Assembly: GCA_000934665.2 (NCBI GenBank)
Contig: KZ537955.1
Span: 62,001-126,000 of the forward strand
Length of the DNA: 64,000 nucleotides
Source of the DNA: Catajapyx aquilonaris
Lineage: Eukaryota
Direction: 5' to 3'
Positions 28,401-43,400 of this stretch are shown here, in pieces. Position 1 is the first letter of the stretch, and each line of letters begins with the position of its first letter. Position numbers and translations under genes: made by a program. The notes beneath the pieces are model-generated. The model was not told the origin of the DNA. It saw only the letters and a list, made by a program, of their open reading frames with translations, and did not search any database.

Positions 28401-31400
28401 CAGCGCCAGTGGGTAGGTCTGGCGGCCTCCAAAGTCCATGAGTCGCTATCTAGACGTGGTTGGGATTGGACGTGTGTTGTGTAGTGTTGTAGTGTCGCAT
28501 ACGGATTACCGGAGCAATGGTGTAAGTACTAAAGACAAAGACATATGTTCCGCCTTTTTTTTGTGTGTAGCTTGCCAAACCGGTCCGCGTGCCTCCTACT
28601 CGTCATCCTCTGGAACAAAAAAACAACCATTTCCAGTCTAACCCCCCCACCCTCACTAACCATTATTTTCAGCCCCGATGCTCCCCAGTTATTCTCTCAG
28701 ACCCTGAGGGGGGAGATTTCCCAGACTGGTGCATTGGGGGGATCAAACACCGGAATGGCCATTATTCAATCGGGCGAGGTCGTTTCCAGGGGACCCAGGG
28801 AATCAAACCTAGTCACACACACACACACACGCGTATACACGCACACACAAAAAAATAGGAGACGAAAGCTGGTGCAACAAAGAATTTGACCCTGGGGGGC
28901 CTCAGGTGGCCTTGTCGACTCATCCCGGTTAGTCACAGATACGCGCATATCGATTGTTGTTCCTGCTACCCATATAATGTGTCATCAGTGTCACGCGCAG
29001 GTATTGACTTAATTAAAGATATGCTTGAACTCAATTACCGTCCAGTTTGAGGACAATCCGCAAGGATCGAGGAAGCGATTGCGTGTCTAATATAGTGCGT
29101 CGCTAATTGATCTTTATCACGTGACGTATGAATCGTGCTTTGTAGGTCAGCACTTCGTGCCACGACACGGACGATTCGTTTTTTAAAAAAAGATAGACGG
29201 TGGCACGTAGTTTCGTGCTAGAATCTGCAGTTATTGCGAAATGTTGTAGTTTCCGTCTCCTGCAGGAATTGTCCGGACACGTCAGTGCGCAGTTACTTTT
29301 TTTAAAAAAAAACTTTCTACTCGGTCACTGTCTCGTAAATCGGTACGTGCCGGAGTGATGAACGGGGCAAAGTAAGAGCCTCCACTTTCCCTGTCAATCG
29401 TGTCTGCTTACGATCTTTTGAATCATGGCACAGTGTGATATGCGGACAGTTCTCAGCATGACGTCGATTGGATGACCTTTTCCCCTCCCTTCCTCGACTC
29501 GCCGAAAATGAGGATTCCGCCGCCTTAATTACACGGACCTAATTTTAGCACCCCCATTTAGTTTGATTGGCACTCTGGAATGGTAGGAGGGGGGGCGTTT
29601 CGGATTACACATTTTTTATACATAATGCACCATTTTTGATTTAATGCCCGGGAGGGGCAGCCCGATAAAATCAACGGGGCTATGTTAGTGACCCGGCTTG
29701 CAGTTCTATAAATTATCGCCACCCTCTCTACAAAACCACCCTGTCCTCCCCCGCCGGCTCAACAATGTCAATTAGGTTGTCGGGATCAATTGGAAGTTCT
29801 GATTGGATGTGCTTTCCGCTTTGCAGATGTTCATGATTCCTTATGATGTAACTTTTTGTGTGTGTGTGTGTTGCCATGTACTACACATATCCGGCATGAA
29901 TGAAGTCGTCAAATATCCGGCGTATTTCCGTGGTGGATAAGCAAAGCACTTTTTGTTGTCCGTGGTGTAATTCTCGAGCATGTGCTGATAAGGCCTGGTG
30001 AGTGCATGGTGGCGGGGTTTAAGAAAATATGTCATCTCATCTCTCAGAAGCGCGTCCTTGAAGGGGGGAAAAAAAAGCGGAAATGGCTGGTTGATTTGGT
30101 GGGGAATGAGCAGTTCATCTGAAAAGAGATTGCTTTCGCGAAACTGAGCATTTGCTGAGTCTGCTCTAATTTTCCTGCAGATTTGCCTCCCAATGTTGAA
30201 TTTTTAAAAATGTGTGTGGATAGCTGAAGGTCACCACCTACACACAGTCTTTCCTGATCAAGACGTGTGTAATAATCTCTTGTAAACAGACCCGGGGCCA
30301 TGCTGCGTTGCTACGGTTACCAACCCCTTTTTGGCAAAAGAGCCGGGGTTGGGGAGGGTTGAAATTGGGGAAATGGCAATGAGCATCTGTCAGCCTCTGG
30401 GCTCAGGGAAAATGGTTGGTAGGTGTAGTTTAGAAGAGGGGGGGAGAAGAGGTGGTGCAAGTGAGGGGGGTGAAGTTGAAAAGGATCAATAGTATGCAGC
30501 TTCCCCCCCCCCCCCTTCCTCCTCTTTCTAGAGAGGCCCTCCCACTGGCCCCGGAAATAGCTCCACCACTTTGTCTATGCCGACGACCAAATCGATTTAT
30601 GTCCTCACTGTTATATCCTCTTGTAATCTACTCTTGGCTCTTTTTATGCACGTATCAGGAGACCTGTGCCCTTGAACTTGCAGTTGGTGCATTTTTCTGA
30701 GCTGCGCTAGACAGATGCCCATTGTTTCGAAGAAAAAAAAAAGCAGGAATTACACACACAAAAAAGTTGTGCCCCGAGGCGGAATTATAATGGCCGTAAA
30801 CACAGAAAAGAAAGCTTCATGGGCCAGTGCCAGCCGACTTAATTATAAGTAGGGGTAAGGTAGTAACGGAAAATTATAGCCTGTTTTTTTTTGGATGGTG
30901 GTGGTTGGAGTGCAGCAGCTCTCATGCGATGTGATAAGGGGACCCAGGAGATGCGTACGAAATGCCCAACCGGTCTGATTATATTCTCACGTGACTCACA
31001 TCTGCTAATGTTTGGAGATAAAGTGCCCTTCCCCTTCCAGTGATAAAAATGGCGGATTAGGGAAATGGAAGAGGCAAGAAGTGTGTCAGGGATTCCATTT
31101 TGTAGCCGGCAGCTCGGCCTTCACCCTAGTCAAGTTCCATATTACAGTTTCAAGCATTTTTGATATAGGTACTACGTGTGTGTGTGTGTGTTTTTTATAC
31201 GACCGGCGGCTGTTGGGTGTTTAAATTGCGGTGATTAATGCAAGGGCGTGTGGCACGCGATTTATTTCGTGCGTGTGTTAATGCGTCCTGTTTCTTTAAA
31301 ATACCAAAAATAGAGCTACGATAGGGAACAGTCAAATATGATTGCGTTTGTTCAGAGTTGGAAAAAAAATTATAATTAATAGTCTGTCCTTGGATTTTTG

Positions 31401-34400
31401 CGAAATTTTTGTTAGCAGCTGCGTTGCGGCGTTTATCAAGACAGCAGCTCGTTTTATATTTTGGTCATCGTCCTTGTTGGTAAGTGGAATCGCAGCCAAG
31501 GATCGGTTATTTAAAATGTGCGCCTCCGGCCAAATTTGCCGACTTGCATGCCAAATCCATGCCAAGGTTATCCGATTCGGTTGGGTATTTTGCCAGCCCA
31601 GTGTGATGACACTGGTCTGGGGCCATATTTTACGACCCGTAATATTGAGTCCCATTGTTTCCAGTTCCGCGAAAAAAAAATTGTATATATTTGAACTACC
31701 ATCTCCAGCTCTTGAAATGTGGGTCGTGTCGTGAACTGAATTAATAATAAAATCCTGGGCTAAAAATCGATGTTGTGTATTAGTCACGCGCTTTGTTTAC
31801 CGCTAATCCCCAGGCCAGACAACAGAATTCGCTTCCTAAGGTGTCACGCACCGCTTGCCACTCACAGAATGGGTCATATCCGCCCTATAAACACTTTTGC
31901 GATGACCGCCAACTGAGTGAGGTGACCCAGGCACGGCGTCAACATCCTGACTCGATCTGTGACCCATTTCGTGCAATGCCGACTCGATTTTACTGATAGT
32001 CACCGGACCTTATTTGGCAGTGTGAAAAAGAAAATGGGAGAAAAAGGAAAGCCCATGGCAATGATGGATAACTACACTTTTTTTTTTTGTTGGTTCATTG
32101 GGGGCTGGCTAACCCTAACTTTATTGCACTATTGGTGGTGATTGATCGGCACCTTGAAATAGGGCTTGTGATTGTGTCTCGAGTGTGTGCCTTTTCCTTG
32201 AACTCGAGGTGTTATCATTTACTGCGCTCCTTGTATCAGCAGATTATAACTTACCGCACATGTCACGAATTGCGCCAAAGTGCTAACCGAAAGCATGAAC
32301 ACATGCTTCCGAGTAGGAAAGTACTGCTGGTTGTATCATTGCGTGACGCTATCACAGTGTGGCATTATCGCTGTGGAGATAGGAGATAACGAGGTTTTGA
32401 AAAAGAATGGGGCCATACTGNGTCACCGGACCTTATTTGGCAGTGTGAAAAAGAAAATGGAGGAAAAAGGAAAGCCCATGGCAATGATGGATAACTACAC
32501 TTTTTTTTTGTTGGTTCATTGGGGGCTGGCTAACCCTAACTTTATTGCACTATTGGTGGTGATTGATCGGCACCTTGAAATAGGGCTTGTGATTGTGTCT
32601 TCGAGTGTGTGCCTTTTCCTTGAACTCGAGGTGGTATCATTTACTGCGCTCCTTGTATCAGCAGATTATAACTTACCGCACATGTCACGAATTGCGCCAA
32701 AGTGCTAACCGAAAGCATGAACACATGCTTCCGAGTAGGAAAGTACTGCTGGTTGTATCATTGCGTGACGCTATCACAGTGTGGCATTATCGCTGTGGAG
32801 ATAGGAGATAACGAGGTTTTGAAAAAGAATGGGGCCATACTGCGTGACCTTAGTAGCTAATACGTCCTGCTGTCAACTTAAAATGTTCTTTGTTTAAGTG
32901 CCAGCCGAAATTAAAACACCTTTGGTTAGGGGCCAAGTGCCGTGTCCTTGCCCCTGGGGCCGCTTGGCTGTCTGGAAAATTAAACTCACAATCCGGAGCT
33001 TTAAATACGGCTGAGATGCTCCTTGGCATTGTTCAGATATTAGAACCCCCCCGATAACATCATCGAGCGGCCCAGTTTCTCTGCTGCGGCCGTCATGAAA
33101 TTCAGATTTTAGCGATGAGAAAATAATATGGAAGCATTTTCCGTAAGGATGCCAACCATGCCAAGGCCGCTCAGGAGGAAGAAATGCACTGTTGGCCAAC
33201 ACATGCGAATATTTTTTCCAAAAGGCACATCATTCACCTGCCCCCTACCACCCACTTCACCACTCCAGAAGTGCTATATCTGTTTGCGAACCGGTGTTGT
33301 TTGGAAAAGACAAGTGCGCCGTGACACTTTGGACCCTCCCAGTTGTGGCAATGAGGATGTTATCAAGCTCCGCGTAACAGATGCAGGGTTGTTGTGGGAG
33401 GTTGGTGAGAGGTCTTGCTTGCACAATTCAACTTGGGATTAGTTTGCACTGTATTTTAAGAAGACTGACGCTGGTAAGGTGGGTTTTAAAGAAGTGTGCG
33501 GTATTTTTTTCTTTCTCTGTATTGTTTTCTCTGGTCTTGAGGGGCTGGCATGCGCTTAGGTGCGGTTGCGTCTTTTTTGAAGCCATGTGGCTCTCGGAAC
33601 GTGTCGGTGCTACTTCACAGCTGGCAGGTTTACATACGTAAGTGAGGGAGTGTATTGGTGAAAGTGAAGAGAGACTGGAAGCAAAAGTGAACCGCGAAGG
33701 CCACTTTCGCAAGAGGCGGGGAAGTGAAGAACGAGAGAGAGAGATAGGGAAGAAGATGAAAAAAAAAAATGATAACCGGAATATTTGGTTTGTTTTTCCT
33801 GTATTGTGTCCCGAAAAAGGAATGGACGACACGTGGTATTTAATAACCGGTGCCCTTTTCCATGGATGGTATCACTCAATACGACAGGCAAGTCACGTAA
33901 AATGAGGATGAATGGACCCACCTCTGGATGGGAGGAGGAGAAAAAAATGTATTGTTATTCACCTGCGGTGATGTTTACAAATTAACAACAATTGTCGCTT
34001 TGTGCTTGAAAGTGGCTCCCCTTTTCACCTGGGGGGAACAATGGTGAAATTTTGCATCAGAAAGGCAAAAGATGAGCACTAACCTACATTTGTAATACAT
34101 CGTGCGTGCAGGAGAATATCTGCAAGTGCACACGTAACACGTCTGTTATCTGGAATTGATGTAAACATGTGATGAACTTTAAGCTCACGTGTGCAACAAA
34201 CAAAAAACAAAACAACAAAAAAATCTCTGTGCTGCTTTACTACACGTGTACAACTTTGGTCATCTAGCCTGGGTCAAGGGCTAAAACTGTAGGACTTGTT
34301 GAAAATTTGTTTTGGTCGAAGGACACAAACAAGACGGAAGCTAGTCTGGATTGAGTAACATTTTTATCGAGGGCGTCACTTCTTTCCTTTGGAAGCATCG

Positions 34401-37400
34401 CAATTGAGTCGTGACCTTCACCGGGTTGGGCGTATAATGAATGCATCGTTTCGGAATCACGCTGCTATTCAAGCCACCAAAAATTATAACTATCTGGTTA
34501 ATGAGGTCGTGCCCTCGCGATTTTAATGGGACGGTGTCATAACCTCTGGTTGACAGCGAAAACTGAATGTCCTTTTTGACCTCTGGCTGGACAAAAACAC
34601 CCATACAGCAGCTGGACACTGCTAGTTTTAAAAACGGGAGACACTGTACAACGTTGCAGTTTTGCTCATTTCATTGAATCCTCTTCATTACTCAGCTCTT
34701 TGAGTGTTATTGCATCAAGAGTTTAAACCAAATGCAGCACATTTTGCGAAGGTGACTCATTGTAATATTCGCATAAACACACTGCATCAGACCACCTGTG
34801 CATGATGACTACAATGTTTAGTTAAAATTATGGCATTGCAGTTATTTATAAGATGACCCAAGTGGTAGTTACAGCATCCAGTGCACGCGTCACATACATT
34901 ACAGAATCGCTGGTTGTCCCGCGTGTAGGATGTCAAGGCCAGACATTCCCCGCTTTGCTAACTATTTCGCAATTACGTCAAAAAAAGGTGCACTTGTTGC
35001 AAGCCGAAGGTCGTACAGTGCATTCCAGCAGATGACAACCGGCGTCCTTGGCACCCGGCGCTCCGTTGAAGCGATTTATGCCAAGGCGCGAAGCGAATCG
35101 TTTTCACGTCTCATTTTGCACGGATCTCAAAAGTCGAGGGCTTTCGATCTGTCCGTCTATTTTTAGGAAAAGCATCTTCCAAACAAAATCCGATAGAAAT
35201 TATAACAAAAAAAGAAAAACCACGAGGGTGACCTCGTGTCCATTTCTGGCGTTGGGCAGAGAATAGCTTCAGGGCAGCCGCCAGACACACACACAAAGAA
35301 GGGTTGAAGGAATTTTTGGAACGGGTTTCTAGATTAGGAAGGGGCTGCGTAATGCCTGATTTTCAATGTGCACGTGAGGACTGATGGTCTTCTCTTCGGG
35401 TGAAGGAGAAAAAGGGTCGTTGACCCCCTCAGGCAAAGGAAGAAGGGGGGTTGAGCTGCTGGTGGAGCCCGAGAAAGGCAAGTTTATATTTACCTGTAAA
35501 AGGTGCCCACCTCCTTCCAAGGGGAAAGGAAGGTCGACTGACTCATCTGCCTTTGCCTTTTGTTCAGTCCTCTTTCCAGTGAAAGAAACAACATGGGGAC
35601 AACAAAAAAAAAGTGAGGTGGAAAGGGATGGGAGTTGCTGACCCAGACTCGGCGAGGGAAATGAACCTTTTTGGAACAACCTGTTACGCTGCGATAGGAG
35701 TGTGCGATTATCCGGGGAAATGATAACGGGGTTTGTGGGGGGGCTGCACGGTTGTGTACGGCATGTCACGTGTGTGTGACTGATTGACATGAAAATGGAA
35801 GACTGCCGCATGATTGCCAGAGCACTTTTATAGATATATATTTCACGAATATGTAGCAGTGTTGGGGTCATTATGGTGCAACTTGACACGCACAGGAAGG
35901 GGTCCGGAATCTTAAAGTTTGCAGTCGGAGTTCAAGGCAACCCGATTAACGACATAATCTGAGGTGTCATCAACAGGTATGAATAATCCTAGGTCTTCGT
36001 TCTCTTCCGGAATGCCTTTGAGTGGGTTGCATTATTTCTTTTTATGAGGCTCGTAACCGGCTTCGAGGAGGTCGTGTGTCACGACTTGCACGTGCAGTGG
36101 GGATGACAAAACGTGGGGAGAAAAAAAAAACCGTCGGACGTAGCTGCCGGGTTAATGGATTTATTCCTGAAATCCCTTCCGACCCGGTGCACTTGTGCCA
36201 AGGGCATTAGGAAGCCTGGGTTTAATAGAGCTGCAAGATGACTACGCATAATGGATGCTCCGTTACATATGGATGAGAGAGCTTGGTTGGGTGGGTGGCA
36301 AGGGAATGAAGGCCAGTCGCTGTAGGTGTGGCTGTGAAAGATACGTATACCACACATGCATACACAAACATGGTGGGGGAGGCTAGAGGGGGGGGGGGGG
36401 GNNNNNNNNNNNNNNNNNNNNNNNNNNNNNNNNNNNNNNNNNNNNCCCCCAAGCCCTTTCCACTGCACGTTCTGCACGTATAATGGACGAAATTAGCAAG
36501 AGGCGTGAAATATTAATAACGGTGGGTAGAGACGGGGGCTGGGGGTTATTATTGCCAAGGTAAACAGGCAAAATGGAAGTTTGTGCACAGAGTGACGTGT
36601 ATTTTGAACAAACCCGCTGGATCGGTACAGTACAACGACCCCTGACCTCTCCTGCTGCTCTGCCCTCGCCATATACATATAGAGAGGGAAAGCGAAGAAG
36701 GGGCACACCTGTCTGGGGCAGGTGGGCTCCGTTGGATTCGGCTCGTTATTCATCCCCTTGGGGTCACTCTTGGGTGGGACACCTGCTTGCCCTTCAAAAG
36801 CCCTTGAGATCCCGCAGCATTCACTGTATCGGTCCACTGTCCCCACTCCAATTAACGCAACTCTGTAATAGGCGACCAAGGTTAGTGCACCCGAGGGGCA
36901 GATAAAAATGTGTATCTGGTCGGCTGCCGATTGCAGGCTGCCCAAGGTCCACTGTCTCTACCATTTTTGTGTGTGTGTTTGTATCGCGGTGGTTAACGTG
37001 CCAGGTTGTGGATTATATATATACACACGAAGAAAAAAAATGGAAGGAGAGAAAGCGGAATGGCCGTTCTGGCTGGGTGAGTGGTCTGGGAAGGAGAGCG
37101 TGAAAAAGCCAAGTGTTGAGGATTCCTCCGGTTTTTGGGCAGCAAGAGACGACACACAGGACACGGACGATGGAGGCCCGGTATTTATTTTTTTCGGGCA
37201 CTTGAAATGCCAAGGTGACGCGTATCTCCGTGCAGGTGCCTTTCCATCAACAATCCAGTCGTGACATTGGCTTGGTGAACAGCGAATAATTGCAGTGTGT
37301 GGGAAATGAGAAAGAGAGAGAGAGAGAGAGAATGAGGCCTTGGGAGAAGGCACTCGGTTGGATGGGCACCTAACACGACGAAGGCGGTTTCTTTCTCTTT

Positions 37401-40400
37401 GGGGTCCGTTACGCAAACCTGAGCTCTGTATGACGCAGGGCGGACACTCCCGAAAAAAGGGTGCGATAACAATGCGCGAGTTTTCAAGACGCTGCCAAAA
37501 ACACCGGAGAAAATAGAACTGCTTTGTTGAGCATACCAGCAAGTGTAACGATCTGCTTCTTTTTTTGTTGTTGTAACCGTGTGTGTGTGCTTGGAGCAGG
37601 CTGTCGGATTGAAGGACGGGGTGGTCACGTTTTGTAGCCAGAGGGGGACCAGTTTTTTTTAGGGAGGGGGGTGGGCAGTAGCGGAAAAAGGTGGTTTGAG
37701 AGGNTCCCCGAGTTCATAAGGAAACTTTGCGCTTATCGAAATTGCTTCCCGACCCGTGACCGCAATTCCGTTAGGTTGTGAGGGAGGGATGGTGGGAGAG
37801 AGGGGGGGATAGGGGGGGGGGTGGAGAAGAAGTCGAGCTATACCGCAATGAGTTGGCCGTCTTGCTTACTTTGCATTGTGAAAATCCTGTTTGTAGCCGA
37901 GGAAGCTTCGGTGTGCACAAAGGGGGTATTATGATCTGCTCTGGCATCAGCTCCCTTGTTGAACTGTGATAATAGTTTTGGGGGCGCGCAGGGGTCGATA
38001 GGGGGTTTTAACCAGCTGGCAGCAGGAAACTCAAACCCAGACATTCTTTTGATCCCCCTGCTGGCAAAGTCGGGTATTGGATTGCAGATTTAATCACTCT
38101 AGAGAGCTTGTCCGCATGTATATATGTTGCTTGCTGCAGTGACAAAAGTTTTGACCTTCCTTTTTTCTCTCTCTTTCTGCAGTTATTATTGGAAAGTCTG
38201 GCGTGAAGGAAGGCAAACGGAAGCCCAGCGATCCTTCACCGCGAATTCCTCCGGTTGCTGAGGACAAAGGCAAGAGGATCCGGACGGCCGAGTTGCAAAC
38301 CAGGAGAAGCAAGAGGAAGTGGAACCAGGACGAGAACCACCCGAAAGGCGCCAGCACCAACGCCCCTCCGGGCAAAACCACTCGGAAAGGCAAGGCCCCC
38401 GCCAAGAGGGCCAACTTGTCCCAAAATTTGGTGACCGGTGTGGTAGTAGACAAGAGGAGGAGCCCTCCAAGCACTTCGTCTCCGACGCCGCCCATCAGCC
38501 GAACCAAGAGGAAAGGCAGGCCTGAGTTGGACTCGAGGATCCGCAGCGTGCAGGTGAAGGTCGAGAACTGCCTTCCCAAGAAGCTGGTGGTGATCGACAA
38601 GCAAAAGAGGAAGAAGCCGCAACAGCAGGACACCCGCCAGCCTGAGAAAGAGGAGGAAACAAAGGCGCCTGCTTCTGCCTCCTCCACCGAGAAGGAGCAG
38701 CAACCCAAGGTGAAGGACAAGAGTACAAAGGCCGAGGTGCGCTATTGCAGCGTGTCGGTCATCACTTCCACGGACAAAGTCGCCGAAGTGGTGGACAAGG
38801 TGACGGAAGCCAGAATCGGATCCGGGGGTGGAGGAGCCATCACCATTACAAGGTTCGTGGCCCCCTCTCTCGTGTTGCCATTTATCAAACTGGGACGACA
38901 TCGCCTTTACCTTGAGGGACTGGCTAGTTGTGTCATGGGTGGGTGGTTGGGTGGGGAATCTGAAGTGATTGGACAGCTTCCAAGTTTAATTTTCGATAGC
39001 CAGCCAGCCAGCCAGATGCCTCAGGCGCTTGTTGGGGGAGGCCTTGGCCGCTTTTTCTTGCATCTCACTTACAAGTAGTATGCGGCCATTTAAACGCCGT
39101 GGCAGCGTAGAAAGTTGATGGCCATTCAGAGGACGGGACGGACCCTCCCACCTGTTTTAAAATATAGATCACTGGCGAGATATTGCACAACTGGAATGTG
39201 CAAGAGACGCCGCATTTTTGGAGGCCACCAAGTGTTTCTAGTCGCCTAATGTGATGTTTATCCGAGAGCATTGCAAATTAATACGCACATGTAATAGCAA
39301 TCGATATTTGATGCAAAATGAAGCCCGCGTTGAATGTGGAATTAGGCCTCACACTAGCTGTTTACAGGTAAGACGGGTTGGGTAGTCAAGGTCGGGCCAT
39401 GGTGATCTGCATACCATACTGGATGTGGAGACAGAAAAAATAAGAGAGGAAAAAAGCGCTACGTTTTAAAAGCTGTAGGGAAGCCAACAAATTCACCTGG
39501 TTTGAGAAGAAAGTTGAGGTAATTAATACATAGGAAGAAACTTGTAGGAGAAGGAGAAAAAAAAGTGCCCTTGACGGAGAGTGATTACGAAGAGAACAGG
39601 TATACCCAGGATGTGTTCCACTTGCTCAAATAATTGATGGCCTTGTTTACAAATAAAATTCTCCGATCCATATATTTGTAAATCACTTCTGTTCAACTGG
39701 CAGATGATGACTTTAACGGTGCCGGCAAACATTGACCGTAATGAGCAGTTGTTGTCAAAACATACTGCATAGAGCGCAAAGTCATTAAATTGTGAGATAT
39801 ATAGGGTGTGTGGGGGGGGGGGTCAAAATTGAAAGTGTTGCATGCATTTTTGAGTGGGGTTTTGTCGATAATTGTGTAAATTAGTACATGCTCACTCAGT
39901 TGTAGAATTTACATTATTAGCAAACACTGATGAACAAAAAATGATGTGCATTATGTGGCTCGCGTAATTGCTGCGGATAATTAATGCAGATAAGCTATAT
40001 GGCACATGCCGCTGCCTAGGGATACCTGGAATGAACTACATGCGGCAAAGGGGTCTATATATGCTTTTGAAAGTTGAATTGCAATGGAATTACAGTAGCC
40101 TACACTCAAGTTAAATATAACCATCTGGAACTATGGGGCACTGCCCATATGCATTATTCATAGCGAAGTTATATTATTTCACGTTCTACTTTTGAAAGTT
40201 CATCAAGTAAGCGTATACCTGCGTAAATGTTCCACAGTCTCTTACAGCCAGTGTATTCAGCGTATAAATAATTACTTGCAAGGAAAGATTTATTGGAGGA
40301 AGAGAAACTCGATAGTTGTGGGTTAACGATATACTGTAGCCTTAGGAGAACATGATATTTAGCCAGTTAAGTGTGTTATAGCCTTGCATTTACCAAGTTC

Positions 40401-43400
40401 GCGTCAAGAACAAGGACTGCTTCACTATTCATATGATGTGCAGTACTGTATGATATGATTGTAGCTGGAAAGTTGCGAGATGCTTAGCAGGAACTTTGAA
40501 TTGAATTATGGCGTGTAATTACAGTAATAACTGGAAATTTGCGGACTCTCCCCAGTATGTTGTTCAGCCGAGTTACGAAACTCGCCCTCGGACAATTTAC
40601 TCATTAGGCAAGTGAGGATGACACTCACCACACCAAAAGCGGACCTCGGTTGAAATAATAATAATAATAATATGCGAACCTCCTCAACTCTGCATGAGGC
40701 AGAAAAACAACTCTGAAAAATAACATGATGCATCTACGTATCAGGAACGTTATCGGCCGCCAGTTTTGATAATTACAAGGTTACTCAACCACGACTTCTC
40801 AATGTGCATTGTCTTCCTAGCTTTCAATAGTGGGTGCTTAGTCATCACAGCATTGCCTCGATAAGTGTTAACTCGAGATAATATTTGACAAGGGGGTGGT
40901 ATAGGCTCGACCTTTTTCCAGATCATGGTATCAGGAGCATTGAGCATGTTATTGCAAGTGTAGGTGCTTTGAGCTCATCTTTGCATCGTTGTTTCAGCGA
41001 GAGTCCAAGCGGCAGCCCCATACCTCGGACGACTCCACTGAGTCCTCTGGGTGCATCGGTGGGTACGACGAAGGATGGAGGCCGTCGTGAGGGCTGGTCC
41101 CCAGCCAGCATGGAAAGTGACCCGTCCTCAACCAGTGTCGTCAGCCGTTGCCTGTTGCCTGGAGCTGAGCGAGGAGGAAGCAGTGGCAGCAGCAGCAGTA
41201 GCAGCAGCCTTGGATGCGGAGGATACCCGGACGACCACTCCGACTCTGGAGTGAGCGTTGGGAGCCTGGGAACCAGCACACCCAGACCCTCCGGAGACGA
41301 GCAGAACCAACAAGAACTAGTGATACCACAGACTAAGGCTGCTGCTGCTTCTGCTGGTGGTGGTAGTCGACTTTCCAGCAGCAGTGTTCAAGTGTTGGTG
41401 CCGGACCGTCGTGAGCCAGTGCGCGTGTGGCGTGACCCAGCATTGCTTCTAAGCACGGAGCAGCAGATACGGCACATATCCAGCGTGCAGCACCAGACTC
41501 TGATGGCGCACGCACCAGGGGCAGTCTATGTGCCACCTGGGGGCGGCGGAAGCACGCCCACAAGCACGTCCCAGGACACACCAGGGAGGCACCCGACCAC
41601 CTCCCCAGTGCTGGGACACCTATCCCCATACGCCCAGCACCCATCGCACCAGCCCCCTCCTCCTCCCCCGCACCCGCAGCACCCATCGCAGCACCCTCCT
41701 CCGCCCCCACCCTCATTGCTCAACCCACACTCGCACCCTCTCACCACCCTCAGCCTTCCCTCGCAGCTTCAGCTGGCGAGACAGTACCCACACCTGTCCA
41801 ACCTGTCCAACGATATGTGGAAGCAGAGGTACCCACACCTCACAGTGGCCACCGCAGTGCCTCCGCATCTCATCTCGTCCAGTCCACATCCTGCAGAGGA
41901 CATACTCGGCAGGGAGAGAGCGAGAGCACAGGAGAGGTTACTAAGGTCAGTTCACCACACTCTCTATATAGTTACCCATTGTCACTCTGACAAATGACAA
42001 GGTCTGTGTGACGCACTCGCACATTTTGTAATCTGTTATGCGTGAAGGGTGATTCAACTGCGGAGAATGTTACGAGTATAACTGCTCTTTATCACTTTCT
42101 GCTGCCCATAAAAAGCCTTGGCTGCCACATTTGAAAGTACTTCTGAATTAGAAATTGCTGTAAGTTTCCATAGAACAGTACTGTACTGATAAAGGCAATG
42201 AGGCATGCACCCTTATTGTGGTGCAAAATTAATATTGTCACAGGCTAGTGACAGCGTGTTGAAATAGAAGTGAGATCAGTCAAACCACACGATGACCTTT
42301 TCGGATGATAAAACTGCCTCGAGATTATTTGGCTAGGGAGGGGGGGAATGTTTTGCTCTTTGAAGCCACCTATTCGAGCGCAACATTTAATTATCTTTCT
42401 GCGTGGTATTCTTGTAAGCCGGTTTGAATGAGCCCTTATCAGATTAAAATCTGTGCATTTCGGCTTGTATGCCCTGGAAGTTCATTTTGCAAGGAGAGCG
42501 TGATATTTTTGTAAGCCAAGTTTGAACCTTTGCATAGTTATGACCCCTTGTGTATCTTGTAAACTTGCGCTGCCCCGCTTGTTGTGCTAACAAGTGCAGT
42601 CTATTTTCAGCCCTGCATCAGGCAGCTTTCAAATTATCCTTCAAGCCGGCATGTTTAAGCTTATTGGGAAGAAGCCATGCAGGGTGACATTGGGCAACCA
42701 GACCCATTGTTGCCTGGTTTAAAAAAAAAATCAATGCCGGCCGAATGGATATTACCAGCAACGTGCAGAATGTAGTTACATCACAAAGGGAATAAGAGAC
42801 AATTCATCCTCACTCTGGCAAGGGGACTGGTGGCCATTAACGATCAAAGGCAAATTAGATGAGACCAGAAGCGCGCAGCACAGGGAAAACGGGGGCTGGA
42901 GCTATTCACAGGCGTTTGTTTGACAACAGACGCCAGTGTGTAGCTGGGGAGCGTTGTACCCTAGTGCTCATTAAGCGTAATGCGGGCTGAAAATTCTTTG
43001 CTACACATTAGTGACGGATTCAGAGGCATGGAACCGCACAACATAAGCTCGCTGCAAGTTCACAGTTTTGTGTGTGTGTGTGTTTTTTGTGTGCCATTTT
43101 GGGAGGTCCAGCCTGCCTGGCCCCCTGTTTGTTGACTGCATGATTCCCAAGGGCCAACATTTTTGTTTGGCCCGAAACTCCGGTAGCCGCTACACAAAAG
43201 AGCCGGAGAAAATTCCTTCAGAAAACTGGCTCTAGGGGTCCAACCCTGGAACATTTCGCGCGCTAATTTTACCTCCGCGTTTTCTCTCTCCTCCCACATT
43301 TTTTTTGTTTTTTTTGCGAACACCCCCCCTTCCCTCCAAACTCTCGGAGACTGGTTTCAGCAGCCAATTTGGCGGTTTGGCCCAGCTCCAAAGCACCATT

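Noticed and set aside
31999..32842. 421-bp tandem duplication as a biological repeat
   Set aside because: The copies are joined by a single N and are nearly identical, typical of overlapping contig ends or haplotypes in scaffolding.
16767..38182. Nested genes in the 21-kb intron (e.g. ORFs 20965-21456, 26455-27066, 35329-35889, 36958-37542)
   Set aside because: The translations are driven by homopolymers and microsatellites, with no recognisable domains or coherent splice structure.
38736..38742. Alternative donor GAG|gtgcgc for exon 38183
   Set aside because: Phase 0, incompatible with the phase-2 acceptor at 40998.
39694..39750. ATGATGA...ATGA with CAACTG/CAGTTG stem as a C/D snoRNA
   Set aside because: Too short, non-canonical box D, far from the 3' splice site, and no rRNA complementarity recognised.
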